Positions 1 through 9,281 of a DNA stretch of 27,071 nucleotides are shown here, one piece after another. Position numbers and translations under genes: made by a program. Every line of letters starts with the position of its first letter. Positions within the stretch are counted from its first letter, which is position 1. The stretch is from Patescibacteria group bacterium (GTDB lineage Bacteria; Patescibacteriota; Gracilibacteria; Absconditabacterales; Absconditicoccaceae), in the NCBI GenBank assembly GCA_017992195.1, contig JAGOPC010000011.1:1-27071 (forward strand), read 5' to 3'. The notes under the pieces were generated by a model. The model had not been told where the DNA came from, did not search any database, and was given only the letters and a program-made list of their open reading frames with translations.

Positions 1-689
1 TCCATCGGTTACTGCTGCTCATTGCACCGACGTCGCTGATTGCTCTCTATTTCATCCGTAAACTTCCTAAAGAAAAAATCACACTCAATCCACATTCAAA
101 GGCCCATCACTATAAAGACATTCGAAGGAATATTAAAAACATGCCAAGAAAACTCAGGACATACGGGTTTATTTATTCGGCAAGAAGTGCGTTTAATTCG
201 CTCTTGTGGCTCATCATTCCACTTTATATCTTTGCGGACACAAACAACATTTATCTCGTGGTGATAAGCGGGGTTTTGATGAGTATTCCGAGTTTATTTT
301 CATATCAGATAGGTAAGATCGCTGACAAACAAAACTCCTCAGCGATCCGGCATTCGTTCGTGATGATCGGCGTGCTCTTTCTCTCGTTTATCATGATGCC
401 ATGGTATCCGGGGAAGCTAATTATATTGTTTGTGCTGGCGGTGCTATTCGTTTTCCTTTGACTCACTATCGACAATCTCTCGAACAGATTCGTCCACCCG
501 CATCAGTATGGCAGAGTAGAGGCGACCTTCGAAATCTTCGGGGCATTTGGCTCTATCATCGGACCGATCATCGGATGATTTTTCATGGATGATTTCGGGA
601 TTATGACTATGATGCTTATCATGGGAATCTCAGCGCTGAGTGTTAGTATCTTCTACTATCATAAGCAGAAGTATCTACAACATACATAA
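1..689 (+). CDS. MFS-type transporter, C-terminal part (5' end outside the window)
   Basis: The frame starting at nt 3 is open from the window edge to TAA at 687-689. It reads through two TGA codons (459-461, 576-578). The product is very hydrophobic, with MFS-like segments (IGKIADK..., FGAFGSIIGPIIGGFF). Confidence 0.6.
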
Positions 690-745
690 AAAATATCATA
701 TCTGTCAACGCTAACTCATCTATAGCGAGCCAGTAAACTTTGACT

Positions 746-773
746 TTGCAGAGGGGGAAGTTATCTCTATAGT
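746..773 (+). promoter_or_regulatory. sigma70-like promoter, TTGCAG-N16-TATAGT
   Basis: -35 at 746-751 and -10 at 768-773, about 45 nt upstream of the ATG at 819. Confidence 0.4.
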
Positions 774-818
774 GATCATACAGGCAACTTTAGACGTATG
801 TAAAAGACAAGCAAAGCG

Positions 819-2339
819 ATGCAGGAATTTGGCTGGAAGAAGCCTGAAATCAGAGGTCGGAAGTTTTATACAAAACAGATAAACTGGTGTTTTGTTATTT
901 TGGCATTCACTGCTTTCGCATGTTTCGCATTTTATAATAATGTTTCAAGGCTCGTCTTCGCCGAAAATAAGACCGACTTGTTCCAGAACAACCTCGAGGA
1001 TCTGGCCTTTTATTTCATGGGCCGGGATCAGGATACCGCTAACCTGCTCATGTCGATCGATAGTGTAAAACGCAATTACGCAAAGGGAGATGCCAACTTC
1101 ATCAGAGACAATAAGGGGAATATGGAATATATCCTGCAATATCTCTCTAACCATCCCGAACAGCTCAAGCAACTTGGCCTTCACTCATACTCAGGAATCA
1201 TCGACGTCATCAGCGACATCTCAAAATATAATGACGATATTTTCTCGCTGCTGGGAGAAACAGAGGAGCAGAGATATCTTGTGGTCTTACAAAACAGTGC
1301 TGAAAAACGCCCAAATGGCGGTTTCTTCGGTTCATTTGCGATCGTAACGATCAAAGATGCGACGATCACGAACATCCAGCTGATGGATAGCTACTATCCA
1401 AATAAGCTTGATCCAAGCGCTACAATTAAGGCCCCCGACCGAGCGACTAATACGTTCCTTTCAGGCGAAGACACCATCACTTTCCTAGCATCAAACAAGT
1501 TCGGCTTCACCGATATGGACGGAAAGAATATTAAGGCGATCTACGAAAAGGTCTTCCACAAAACTGTCAGAGGAGTCATCTTCCTCAATTCACAGGCTTT
1601 TGCGGATCTCATCCCAGGCTTCGACAAGAAACTCAGAGAGTGGATGTTTACGAACGCTGCGACTGACATCATCCGCGGCGGAAACTTTCCGAACAAGAAA
1701 GAGCACTATCTCAAAGAGGTGGCAGAAATATTGAACAGTCAAAAGGATACTCTTATCAAAAACATGGTAAAAAATATCCGCTACCTTCTGGACAACAACT
1801 ACTTCCACGTCTATCTCGACAACGCCGGAGGCGGACTTACCAAATCTTTAGTGACGCAAGGTCTTACAACTAGCTTCCGCGACGATCAGATCTACTTCCG
1901 GGATTACAATAACGCCTACAATAAGATCGACATGTTCATCAAGAAAAATATTGTATTCACGGACATGAATGGAGAAAGAGTGATCGATACCTCGAAAGAT
2001 ATTGTTGATATAAAGAGTTTGGCGACAGGAACGTATAATGTTTCTATCAGCTATGCATTAAGTATACCGCCGAGCTACCCGCAGGAGATTGAGGATCTCG
2101 AAAAGAAGTACGGTATAGAACTGACGATCAGAGAGAAAACAATCTTAGGTCTTTACGCAGCACGGTCAACGAGAGGAGTTGTCTATGCGCCGAAGCATGT
2201 CGTTATCTCAAACGTTGAGGGTCAGCAGAAGTCGAGCCAGCTCTTCGACACACCATTTTCTCATAACGCGCTGTATATCCTGCAGAACGGGACGGATAAC
2301 ACTATAAAGACCGTAAGTATGCAGATTGAGATCAAATAA
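819..2339 (+). CDS. DUF4012 domain membrane-anchored protein
   Basis: 506 aa ORF running from ATG to TAA. It has an N-terminal TM segment (WCFVILAFTAFACFAFY). The motif LVVLQNSAEKRPNGGFFGSFAIV matches the hallmark QNxxExRPxGGFxGS of DUF4012. There is no internal TGA. Confidence 0.7.
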   Translation: MQEFGWKKPEIRGRKFYTKQINWCFVILAFTAFACFAFYNNVSRLVFAENKTDLFQNNLEDLAFYFMGRDQDTANLLMSIDSVKRNYAKGDANFIRDNKGNMEYILQYLSNHPEQLKQLGLHSYSGIIDVISDISKYNDDIFSLLGETEEQRYLVVLQNSAEKRPNGGFFGSFAIVTIKDATITNIQLMDSYYPNKLDPSATIKAPDRATNTFLSGEDTITFLASNKFGFTDMDGKNIKAIYEKVFHKTVRGVIFLNSQAFADLIPGFDKKLREWMFTNAATDIIRGGNFPNKKEHYLKEVAEILNSQKDTLIKNMVKNIRYLLDNNYFHVYLDNAGGGLTKSLVTQGLTTSFRDDQIYFRDYNNAYNKIDMFIKKNIVFTDMNGERVIDTSKDIVDIKSLATGTYNVSISYALSIPPSYPQEIEDLEKKYGIELTIREKTILGLYAARSTRGVVYAPKHVVISNVEGQQKSSQLFDTPFSHNALYILQNGTDNTIKTVSMQIEIK

Positions 2340-2586
2340 GATGTCATAAATTATAACATAAACTTTAAAAGTCTAGAGGCATTTTTAATGTTGCTATTGA
2401 TTTATAGCAAAAAAGGGATACGTAGCGCTCGCACAACAATATTGTTCACGCACAACACAAAAACCTTTTTATGACGCACAAAAAAAACAAGAAAAGAAAG
2501 TACTGATCGTAGGTGGATATGTAGACGTACCGTCCAATTGTCTCATCCTGGATGTAAAGAAAGATGCTGTTACACCCGGAGAAAAA

Positions 2587-3174
2587 TTGATTCGATTCTA
2601 CGAAAAAAAGAACAGACTCGACTTCGAACGACAATTAATTACTGCTATGAAAGCACTATTATCTCTCCCTTTAGAGATAGTTAACGTAGCCGATGGTGGT
2701 ATAAAATCAGAAGAAGGCGCTGTAGGACGGCTTATTGATATCGCCTGGACGGAGGTTGAAGGAACCATCGACTATCGAGCACAGTATACACATCCGATAG
2801 TAGTTCCTAAGGACCGGGCAACCCTTGTGAAAGATATGTGCCCCGACCTTGTCCTCTTCTTAGGAGGAACTCATACAGAATGGGAAGACTTGCAAATATG
2901 TAAGGAATTGAAAATACCCATGATAGCCCCGAAAGGCTGGAGCGACATTGGAGATATGGTCTTCAATGAGATAGCTTGGAACAAGAAACGCTACTTCGGT
3001 AGAAAATCTGTTGCACGAAAGTCCAGCAAAGTAGCTCAAGCATTCTCGCTTTTTGGCTACCTCTATAAGGACAATCAGTACGCTCCGTACCTTGATCCCT
3101 ATAATATCAAACTACTGGTCAAAAGTATTCTATCGCTGCCTCTCAGCGTACTACACACAGAACAGATTGGCTAA
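2587..3174 (+). CDS. SLOG/LOG-like Rossmann-fold protein (hypothetical); true start probably further upstream
   Basis: ORF ends at TAA and contains LFLGGTHTEWED, similar to the PGGxGTxxE motif of LOG/SLOG proteins. The same frame stays open back to 2389 and encodes a convincing beta-strand start (KVLIVGGYVDVP), but has no ATG or GTG there. An ATG at 2471 lies one frame off, across an A8 run (see findings). Confidence 0.45.
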   Translation: MIRFYEKKNRLDFERQLITAMKALLSLPLEIVNVADGGIKSEEGAVGRLIDIAWTEVEGTIDYRAQYTHPIVVPKDRATLVKDMCPDLVLFLGGTHTEWEDLQICKELKIPMIAPKGWSDIGDMVFNEIAWNKKRYFGRKSVARKSSKVAQAFSLFGYLYKDNQYAPYLDPYNIKLLVKSILSLPLSVLHTEQIG

Positions 3175-3256
3175 TAAAGCCGGCACACACGATTGAAATA
3201 ACTATCGATTTTTTCTAAGTCGATAGTTTTCTTGCGGTTTAAATATGTTTTCGCCA

Positions 3257-3284
3257 TTGACTTTAATATGCTACAGGATATAAT
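3257..3284 (+). promoter_or_regulatory. sigma70-like promoter, TTGACT-N16-TATAAT
   Basis: -35 at 3257-3262 and -10 at 3279-3284, 24 nt upstream of the ATG at 3308. No SD motif in the leader. Confidence 0.6.
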
Positions 3285-3307
3285 ACATCAACACAAAAAC
3301 ATATTGT

Positions 3308-3676
3308 ATGAACTTTCAAGACAACAAAGAGTACGAAAAAACTCAGTTAGCGGTTGCTAAGCTGCTAAATAATTCCCTCAACTTAGTAGAGAGCGTCAAG
3401 AATATGGTGAAAGACGGTACACTCATATCTTTTACTAATGCTAGTGGCGTTTTAACCGGCGGGACTACTATGCTAACCGGCGCTATGGTATGGGACAAGG
3501 TGCATCCAACTATGATACTACTTGGTATAGTTCCTACGGCAGATCGCATACAGAAGGGCATACCAGATCTCTTTACAGGTCTCCGATTTAACTGTGAGGG
3601 AGAAACAGTTAAGATATATCTTATAAAATCAGAAGATCCGTATCTTGAGAGCGAAGTAGCAATAGAAGTGTTGTAA
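3308..3676 (+). CDS. hypothetical protein (122 aa), weak similarity to the N-terminal half of LOG/SLOG proteins
   Basis: ORF from ATG to TAA with its own promoter and terminator. The segment VLTGGTTMLTGAMVW...LLGIVPTAD loosely resembles the GGxxGxMxA...GxxP part of LOG-like proteins. Confidence 0.5.
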   Translation: MNFQDNKEYEKTQLAVAKLLNNSLNLVESVKNMVKDGTLISFTNASGVLTGGTTMLTGAMVWDKVHPTMILLGIVPTADRIQKGIPDLFTGLRFNCEGETVKIYLIKSEDPYLESEVAIEVL

Positions 3677-3706
3677 GGCCCAAGAGGGTCTAGCAATGTA
3701 CTGAAA

Positions 3707-3732
3707 AGCCCCGGCATGTCCGGAGCTTTTTT
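3707..3732. terminator. rho-independent terminator between convergent genes
   Basis: Stem AGCCCCGG/CCGGAGCT (one mismatch), 5-nt loop and a T6 run on the + strand, with TTTT on the - strand. It lies between the 3308..3676 gene (+) and the pcrA 3' end (-). Confidence 0.6.
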
Positions 3733-3758
3733 CTTATATGTAATTGCGAAACCTATTC

Positions 3759-6047
3759 TTATTTCTTCTCTAAAAATCTCGCTTCTATCTTCCTCACACC
3801 AAACTTTTCGTTCTGGAATTTGACGACAGCGGTGTCACGTCGGACTTCGATGACTTCGCCGACACCGAAGAGTTTGTGCTTGACGATGTCGTGTTCGTTA
3901 AGATCAGTTTTCACCGCGTAACGGCTCGTTCAAAATCAGCCACCAGTTGATCTAGCACCAGAGGCAGCGGTCAGGTCGAACATCTTCTTGAGTTCTTCCG
4001 GAATCTCGTCAATGAAGCGTGATGACTGATTGTATTTGGTTTGTCATCGCTGCTTACGAGAGTTCGCATGTGAGAGGAAGAGATGGTCTTTAGCACGCGT
4101 GATAGCGACGTACATCAGACGTCTTTCTTCTTCCATCTCTGCATCGTCAAACGCTGCCTTCGGCAAAGGGAAGATGTTTTCTTCCAGTCAGACGAGGAAT
4201 ACGACCGAGAATTCGAGGCCTTTGCTGGCATGTACGCTCATGAGCTTGACGGCTTCGAGTTGTCCATCAGTATTCTCTTCGATATCTGTCATGAGCGTCA
4301 CCTCTTCGAGAAATTGGGTCAGAAGGACCATGCCATTTTGCGCATCTTCGACTTCGTCACTGTCATATCTCGAAGCTATATTTATGAGCTGACCGATATT
4401 TTCGTACTTTTCTTCACCGACTTCACGTCACTCAGCTTCTATCAGGTAATCCTTATATTTAATAGTTCTCACCAATTGCTCGATCAACTTTGCGGGCGTC
4501 AGCCCGTCTGCAGCCTGACGAAGAAACTTCATAGATGTCATAAACTGGCTGATCGCCTTCTGCGTGGACGGTCCTAAGACCACTGGAAGCATATCGATCT
4601 GTTCTGCGACATCCGAAAAGGTCGACTTGTTTTGCTGAGCGTACTCTTCGAGCTTCGCGACACTGTCGGTTCCGATCTTTCTTTTCGGCGTATTGATGAT
4701 TCTTTTCAGCGCTACGGAATCTCTGGGATTCAGCAAATATTTCAGATACGACATCACATCCTTTACCTCTTTTCTTTCGAAGAATTTGAAACCACCATAG
4801 ACCTTATACGGTATAGCTTCCTGGAGGAGTACCTGTTCAAAGACCGCAGATTGCGCATTAGTCCTGTAGAGGATGGCGAACTCAGCCCGAGACTTGTTCT
4901 TGTCGGTCTTGAGCTTTTTCATCAAATCGATGAGTGTCATCGCCTCATCGGTCTCATCACCATGGGTGAAGACCATGATTTTTTCGTCACCGGAACGGTG
5001 AGGTACGACAGTTTTGTCGTACTGGTTTTTGTTATGTTTGATGATGAAATTTCCCGCGTGAACGATATGCGGACGTGAACGATAGTTAGTTTGAAGTTTA
5101 AATATTTGAATATCAGGCCACACTTTTTTGACCTCGAGAAAGTTCTCCATCACCGCACCACGCCGGCGATAGATCGACTGGTAGTCATCACCGATAAAGG
5201 TAATATTCGCGCCACCACCGGTCAGCTGCTTCATCAATTCAAACTGAATTCGGTTGGTATCCTGCGCCTCATCCACAAGAATATAGCGAAATTTCTGCTG
5301 CCAGCGCTTCAAAATATCCGGATTATTTTTGAATATTAAATACGGGACCAGCAACAGATCGTCGAAATCGCACATGTTACACTCGTGAAATTTCTTCTCG
5401 TAGCGCTCGTAGATCATACCCATCGTCTGCTCGTAACCATCACTACCATGGCCAAACTGTTTCGCCGTGATTCCCTGTCATTTCAACTTTGAGATAAACG
5501 AGCGAGCCTCCCTCACCTCGACATCGTTTTCCATCTTCAGATCCTTAATAATCTCCTTCAGGATCGACTGTGCCTCCTGCTCATCGTAGACACCAAAACT
5601 GCCATTTCGCGGCAATCCCTCAGCGTTTTTCATCTCCTCCTTGAGGAATCTCAGAAACATCCCATGAAAGGTGCCAATCCGCTTAAATGATCAAGAGTGA
5701 AAACGAGGAAGAGATCAGACATTATTATCTGCAGCTTCATCGGAAATCATCTTATCAAAATCCATAACTTCTTCCGTCTTTCACACCTGCATTTTTTCCG
5801 AGATCTCCTCGGCTATCTTCACAAGTCTTTCCTTCATCTCATTCGCTGCCTTATTGGTGAATGTCACCGCCAGCACCTGATCGGATCTGACCTTTTTTTC
5901 AAACAGCAAGTATCAAATCTTGTATGTCAAAACTCTCGTTTTCCCTGAACCTGCACCCGCCAAGATAAGAGCTGAACTATCAGTATGTAAGGCAGCTTTC
6001 GTCTGCTCATCATTCAACTGTCCGCGTATATAATCCTTAATATCCAT
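3759..6047 (-). CDS. pcrA: ATP-dependent DNA helicase, PcrA/UvrD family (SF1)
   Basis: Single frame of 762 aa from ATG (6045-6047) to TAA (3759-3761), with 10 in-frame TGA and no TAA or TAG. Family motifs present: [69 protein letters not shown] (that G is a TGA), [15 protein letters not shown], and a C-terminal [10 protein letters not shown]. Confidence 0.92.
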
Positions 6048-6130
6048 GAGCTTTTTCAACGTATAATGAAACAAACGTTCTACTTCTAACGATATCTTCT
6101 TTTAATGCAATACCAGCGCATTTTTTACCA

Positions 6131-6158
6131 TTGCTTTATCGGCTAAAAATGATAAAAT
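6131..6158 (+). promoter_or_regulatory. sigma70-like promoter, TTGCTT-N16-TAAAAT
   Basis: -35 at 6131-6136 and -10 at 6153-6158, 23 nt upstream of the ATG at 6181. Confidence 0.5.
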
Positions 6159-6180
6159 GTCAATCTAAACGAAAAATATT

Positions 6181-6906
6181 ATGCAAAACATATATTCAAT
6201 CATACCATCGCCTCAAAATTGCTCTCTCGACCAGCTGCAAATCTATATGCTTTGCTTGCGTGCTATAGAATATACGATCAATAAAAAAACCGTATGTTTA
6301 GCCTCCCTGGGGATTCGCACAGAAGATAAGCATATCATGAAACAAGTAGTGGAGTCACTACGAGCTATGGGCTTCGGTGTACAGGAAAGAGAAGCTACTA
6401 ATTATGTGTACAGCGGGGCAAAGGCAAATAACAATGGTCGCCCCAGTTCTTTTTGGGCAGGGGGGCTCGACTATTACGAGATCACTTCGGCATTACGAAA
6501 GATTGCGTACTATATTACGCAACAGCCACCAAAAGGTGAGTATTCGATCAAGCGTATCCATGTCTTGATAGATAATGAGGATGGGACATTCAGTAATGAG
6601 TCTCTTCCGAATACGCTCATTGAAAAATCAGAGTTAAACCTTCCTACACTTACCGAATGTAAATGTCTCGCCCCAGATGGATCGTATCTCTGGATAAACT
6701 CCGAGGGGGAGATCTACTATTCAGAAGATATGGAAGGCATTCACCTAATGAAAGCAGAAAAGTACTGACAACCTCAATTAGTAAGTACAGAGTATCCCGG
6801 GTTTACCTGGGATTTTTTTATGGGAAAATGACTCAGTGATTATACTATATATAAAGCTAAAAAATGTGTTGACAATCCATGTCGAATGCATATGATAGAA
6901 CCCTAA
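6181..6906 (+). CDS. hypothetical protein; the end coordinate depends on how TGA 6766-6768 is read
   Basis: The standard-code ORF is 6181..6768 (195 aa) and ends in TGA. With TGA=Gly the frame continues through a second TGA (6829-6831) to TAA at 6904-6906. That extension crosses a strong terminator hairpin and the next gene's promoter. Confidence 0.5.
6794..6819 (+). terminator. rho-independent terminator
   Basis: Stem ATCCCGGG/CCTGGGAT (one G-U pair), loop TTTA, followed by T7. Confidence 0.7.
6869..6896 (+). promoter_or_regulatory. sigma70-like promoter, TTGACA-N16-TATGAT
   Basis: -35 at 6869-6874 and -10 at 6891-6896. This places the transcription start downstream of the ORF-track ATG at 6879, so ATG 6918 is the usable start. 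Confidence 0.6.
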
Positions 6907-6917
6907 AACTAAACAGA

Positions 6918-7349
6918 ATGAAAAAACTATTTATTACAATCGCAGCGTTCGCGACATTGAGCGCGATCACAGACAGCTTAACAGCAGCAGGCAAAACAGA
7001 TGCAAGCATCTCCCAGACCATTGAAGCCTACGGCAGGGTGCATTACCCGGACCAGTACACCGATGCAGCCAGCGAAGATGTACAGGCAGTGATGGACAAC
7101 CTGGATGAGGATGACAATGGTATCAGTATGAGCGTTGACGACGAAGGCAACCTTACTATTACCAGCGCGCACAGTGATGACCAGGCCGCAGATGTAACTA
7201 TGAGCGATGATGCCGGCGCGGGCGACGCAGTAACAGCTTTGTTTGCAACAGCAGCTGAGGAAACTACGGAAGCAACAAGCGCCGAAGTAAATGAGCCTGA
7301 AACAGCAGAAGCTGCAATACCGGACGGCGACGCAACAACTGAAGCGTAA
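6918..7349 (+). CDS. secreted acidic low-complexity protein (signal peptide)
   Basis: MKKLFITIAAFATLSAITDSLTAAG is a typical signal peptide. The remainder is rich in D, E, A and T. Stop is TAA. Local GC is visibly higher than in the flanks. Confidence 0.6.
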   Translation: MKKLFITIAAFATLSAITDSLTAAGKTDASISQTIEAYGRVHYPDQYTDAASEDVQAVMDNLDEDDNGISMSVDDEGNLTITSAHSDDQAADVTMSDDAGAGDAVTALFATAAEETTEATSAEVNEPETAEAAIPDGDATTEA

Positions 7350-7375
7350 GACATTCCTTCCCTATGAACACTATT

Positions 7376-7408
7376 ATCTCCCGCGTTTTATACGTGGGGG
7401 ATTTTTTT
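7376..7408 (+). terminator. rho-independent terminator
   Basis: 10-bp stem ATCTCCCGCG/CGTGGGGGAT (two G-U pairs), 7-nt loop, followed by T7. Confidence 0.7.
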
Positions 7409-7445
7409 ATGAAGAAAAAACGTTGGATGGACAGTTTTAGAGATA

Positions 7446-7473
7446 TTGACATTAGTTTGGGATCTCATATACT
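7446..7473 (+). promoter_or_regulatory. sigma70-like promoter, TTGACA-N16-TATACT
   Basis: -35 at 7446-7451 and -10 at 7468-7473, upstream of the ATG at 7512. Confidence 0.55.
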
Positions 7474-7511
7474 ACTCGCAGTATATTTCACCTCCTTTAT
7501 GAAGCAATATC

Positions 7512-8477
7512 ATGGACGCATTATGGGAACAATTAGAACAAAGAGAGAGTAAGAAAAAGAAGGATAAAGAATTAATCCGATTTGGCTCGTATCTGCCAGA
7601 CTACCAGACAGCAGTAAAAACTGCTTCTTTTGCGAATAATTTGCAGAAAGCTCTTGATGGCGTGCCGGAGTTTGACAAGAAAGCAGTGATGGCAGCGTTC
7701 AATAAGCTTGTCACTGACGAGTATATGACAGCAGAGGAGGAGCAGCTTTTGATGGAGTTTACGGGAAGCAGACAGACGAACCGGTTTGTGAAATATAATA
7801 TAGAAGAACATATCTGGGAGGTGATCAAATTGCATGAGATGCATATAGCGACCTTGGAGAAAATTTTGGAGCAGGATGAGAACAATACGAATAATGTGAA
7901 TGATCGTATAGGAGCAGTCATGAACCGATCACATAGCCAGTTCTCTCATACAGGATTAAGTAAGTTTGCGGGAGAGCAGGACTCACGTACGTATTTCAAC
8001 GAGCTTGAGGCGAAGCATCCGACTAAAGAGTTGAGCTTTACCTCACATCAGATGAGTGAGTTCAAGATAAGCGATACGAGAGAGATCATGCAGAAGAAAA
8101 AATACTATGCCCAGAAAAAGATGCAGTTTCATCAGGATCTCGTGAACTGCCTGAGAAATCTTATCGCCAAGCCAGGCAGCATGCACACTGAGGTATTTAA
8201 GGATGATACGGCGGGTTCATTATTTACGCTGAGAAGACTTATCAATCTTCACCAGGCTACACATGAAATGAAGAAATGGAAGGATCACAGCTCAAGGAAA
8301 TCCAAGAATATCAAAGTTGTCTCAGAAAACGGCAACACACTGCGCATCAAAAGAAATGACGATCACTTCGATTTTAAAATCTCTCCTCCAGTGCGCTTGC
8401 TCAAAGAAGTTTCGAGCAGTGAAGTATTCCTTTCAAAAGTACCACTCTATAATACGTTGATTGTAGATACCCCATAG
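7512..8477 (+). CDS. hypothetical protein (321 aa)
   Basis: ORF from ATG to TAG with no internal TGA. Hydrophilic and rich in charged residues. No family motif recognised. Confidence 0.6.
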   Translation: MDALWEQLEQRESKKKKDKELIRFGSYLPDYQTAVKTASFANNLQKALDGVPEFDKKAVMAAFNKLVTDEYMTAEEEQLLMEFTGSRQTNRFVKYNIEEHIWEVIKLHEMHIATLEKILEQDENNTNNVNDRIGAVMNRSHSQFSHTGLSKFAGEQDSRTYFNELEAKHPTKELSFTSHQMSEFKISDTREIMQKKKYYAQKKMQFHQDLVNCLRNLIAKPGSMHTEVFKDDTAGSLFTLRRLINLHQATHEMKKWKDHSSRKSKNIKVVSENGNTLRIKRNDDHFDFKISPPVRLLKEVSSSEVFLSKVPLYNTLIVDTP

Positions 8478-8531
8478 AGAAAAGAGAATAGTTTAACATG
8501 AGATGGATAAATTTTGTCAATTCAAATAATC

Positions 8532-8559
8532 TTGACACAGCATTTTACAAGATTAAAGT
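8532..8559 (+). promoter_or_regulatory. sigma70-like promoter, TTGACA-N16-TAAAGT
   Basis: -35 at 8532-8537 and -10 at 8554-8559. This implies a 5' leader of about 130 nt before the ATG at 8696. Confidence 0.45.
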
Positions 8560-8695
8560 TACGCGAAGTAGTATCCTACTGAAAGCGGCCCTTAACATTT
8601 TCATTCTATCTATCACACTTCCTTTTTTAGCACACACATAAAGATCAAAGACCAAACCAAATTATAAAACAAACAAGCTAAAAAAACGAAGTATC

Positions 8696-9139
8696 ATGAA
8701 AACAAAAATCATCGTTGCGCTGGCGAATTCCAGTGTCGTGAAAAAAAGAGTCCAGCAGGAGCTGGAAGGCGTAAAATGCAGTACGCCGGCAGAAGTTGCA
8801 AACTGGCTGGGGAAGCTCAGCTACACTGATGAGCATCTCATCATCATCGTCGGTCATACCGGCGGGGTAGAGATAGCTGAGATGGTAGCGAAGCTGAGAA
8901 GCAAGACAGGGTTAAATCAAGATCCGATTGCAGGCTCAAAAAACCTGGAAGTACATTACTTCTCAAGCCAAATGCTGCAAAAAAGACATGAGACTCTATT
9001 CAACTCTCGGATAGAACGGCTCTATGGAAACCACACCGAAAACCTGATATTATTCCTACAGAAACAAACAGGGCATCTACACGAACACGTGGAACAGTTT
9101 GTCAAAGAAAACGAATTAGTTTTAGAATTTGCCGCCTAA
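8696..9139 (+). CDS. hypothetical protein (147 aa)
   Basis: ORF from ATG to TAA, followed by a terminator. No motif recognised. Confidence 0.55.
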   Translation: MKTKIIVALANSSVVKKRVQQELEGVKCSTPAEVANWLGKLSYTDEHLIIIVGHTGGVEIAEMVAKLRSKTGLNQDPIAGSKNLEVHYFSSQMLQKRHETLFNSRIERLYGNHTENLILFLQKQTGHLHEHVEQFVKENELVLEFAA

Positions 9140-9176
9140 AACGATTCGTGATTCGTCAATGTATCCCTCTCACTAT

Positions 9177-9209
9177 GGGAAGAATGTTTATCATTCCTTC
9201 CCTTTTTTT
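9177..9209 (+). terminator. rho-independent terminator
   Basis: Stem GGGAAGAATG/CATTCCTTCCC (one bulge), 5-nt loop, followed by T7. Confidence 0.65.
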
Positions 9210-9226
9210 ATACAAAAAATCTACAA

Positions 9227-9254
9227 TTGACTTCAAGAAGACAAAGCATAAAAT
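9227..9254 (+). promoter_or_regulatory. sigma70-like promoter, TTGACT-N16-TAAAAT
   Basis: -35 at 9227-9232 and -10 at 9249-9254, 28 nt upstream of the ATG at 9282. Confidence 0.55.
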
Positions 9255-9281
9255 GTCAATGATTTAAAAAATGTAGTAGTG

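Noticed and set aside
711-781. The direct repeat TCTATAG(C/T)GA (about 716 and about 765) upstream of the DUF4012 gene, as a possible operator.
   Set aside because: There are only two short copies, and one overlaps the -10 box TATAGT. This cannot be distinguished from chance in AT-rich intergenic DNA.
2435-2446. The 12-bp palindrome AACAATATTGTT upstream of the SLOG-like gene.
   Set aside because: It is short, AT-rich and a single copy in the window, so there is too little evidence for a regulatory site.
4083-5339. Plus-strand ORFs 4030..4392, 4083..4577, 4632..5078 and 5091..5339. Similar long ORFs lie opposite other conserved genes (15432..15911, 15562..15846, 19145..19591, 25587..25871, 10793..11308, 17375..17839).
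   Set aside because: They are antisense shadows of strongly supported genes, have low-complexity or odd composition, and have no promoters of the type seen elsewhere in the window.
3759-6047. The fragmented pcrA/uvrD, ABC-F (24663..26567), dus, rsmH and priA pieces could be read as pseudogenes.
   Set aside because: All fragments of each gene lie in a single frame, and every interruption is TGA, never TAA, TAG or an indel. The TGAs fall on conserved glycines. Recoding explains this far better than decay.
6879-6917. ATG 6879 as the start of the secreted acidic protein, as in the ORF track.
   Set aside because: It lies between the -35 box (6869-6874) and the -10 box (6891-6896) of the consensus promoter, so it would not be on the transcript. 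Met 6918 begins a canonical signal peptide.
7364-7552. The 62-aa ORF 7364..7552.
   Set aside because: It begins inside the terminator hairpin of the preceding gene and spans the promoter of the 7512 gene. It has no independent support.
8498-8668. A small ORF (about 56 aa, MRWINFVNSNN...) in the 8478-8695 intergenic region.
   Set aside because: It contains the TTGACA-N16-TAAAGT promoter of the 8696 gene within its coding part and has no promoter of its own upstream. It is more likely a long 5' leader or intergenic region. It is not excluded as a small membrane peptide.
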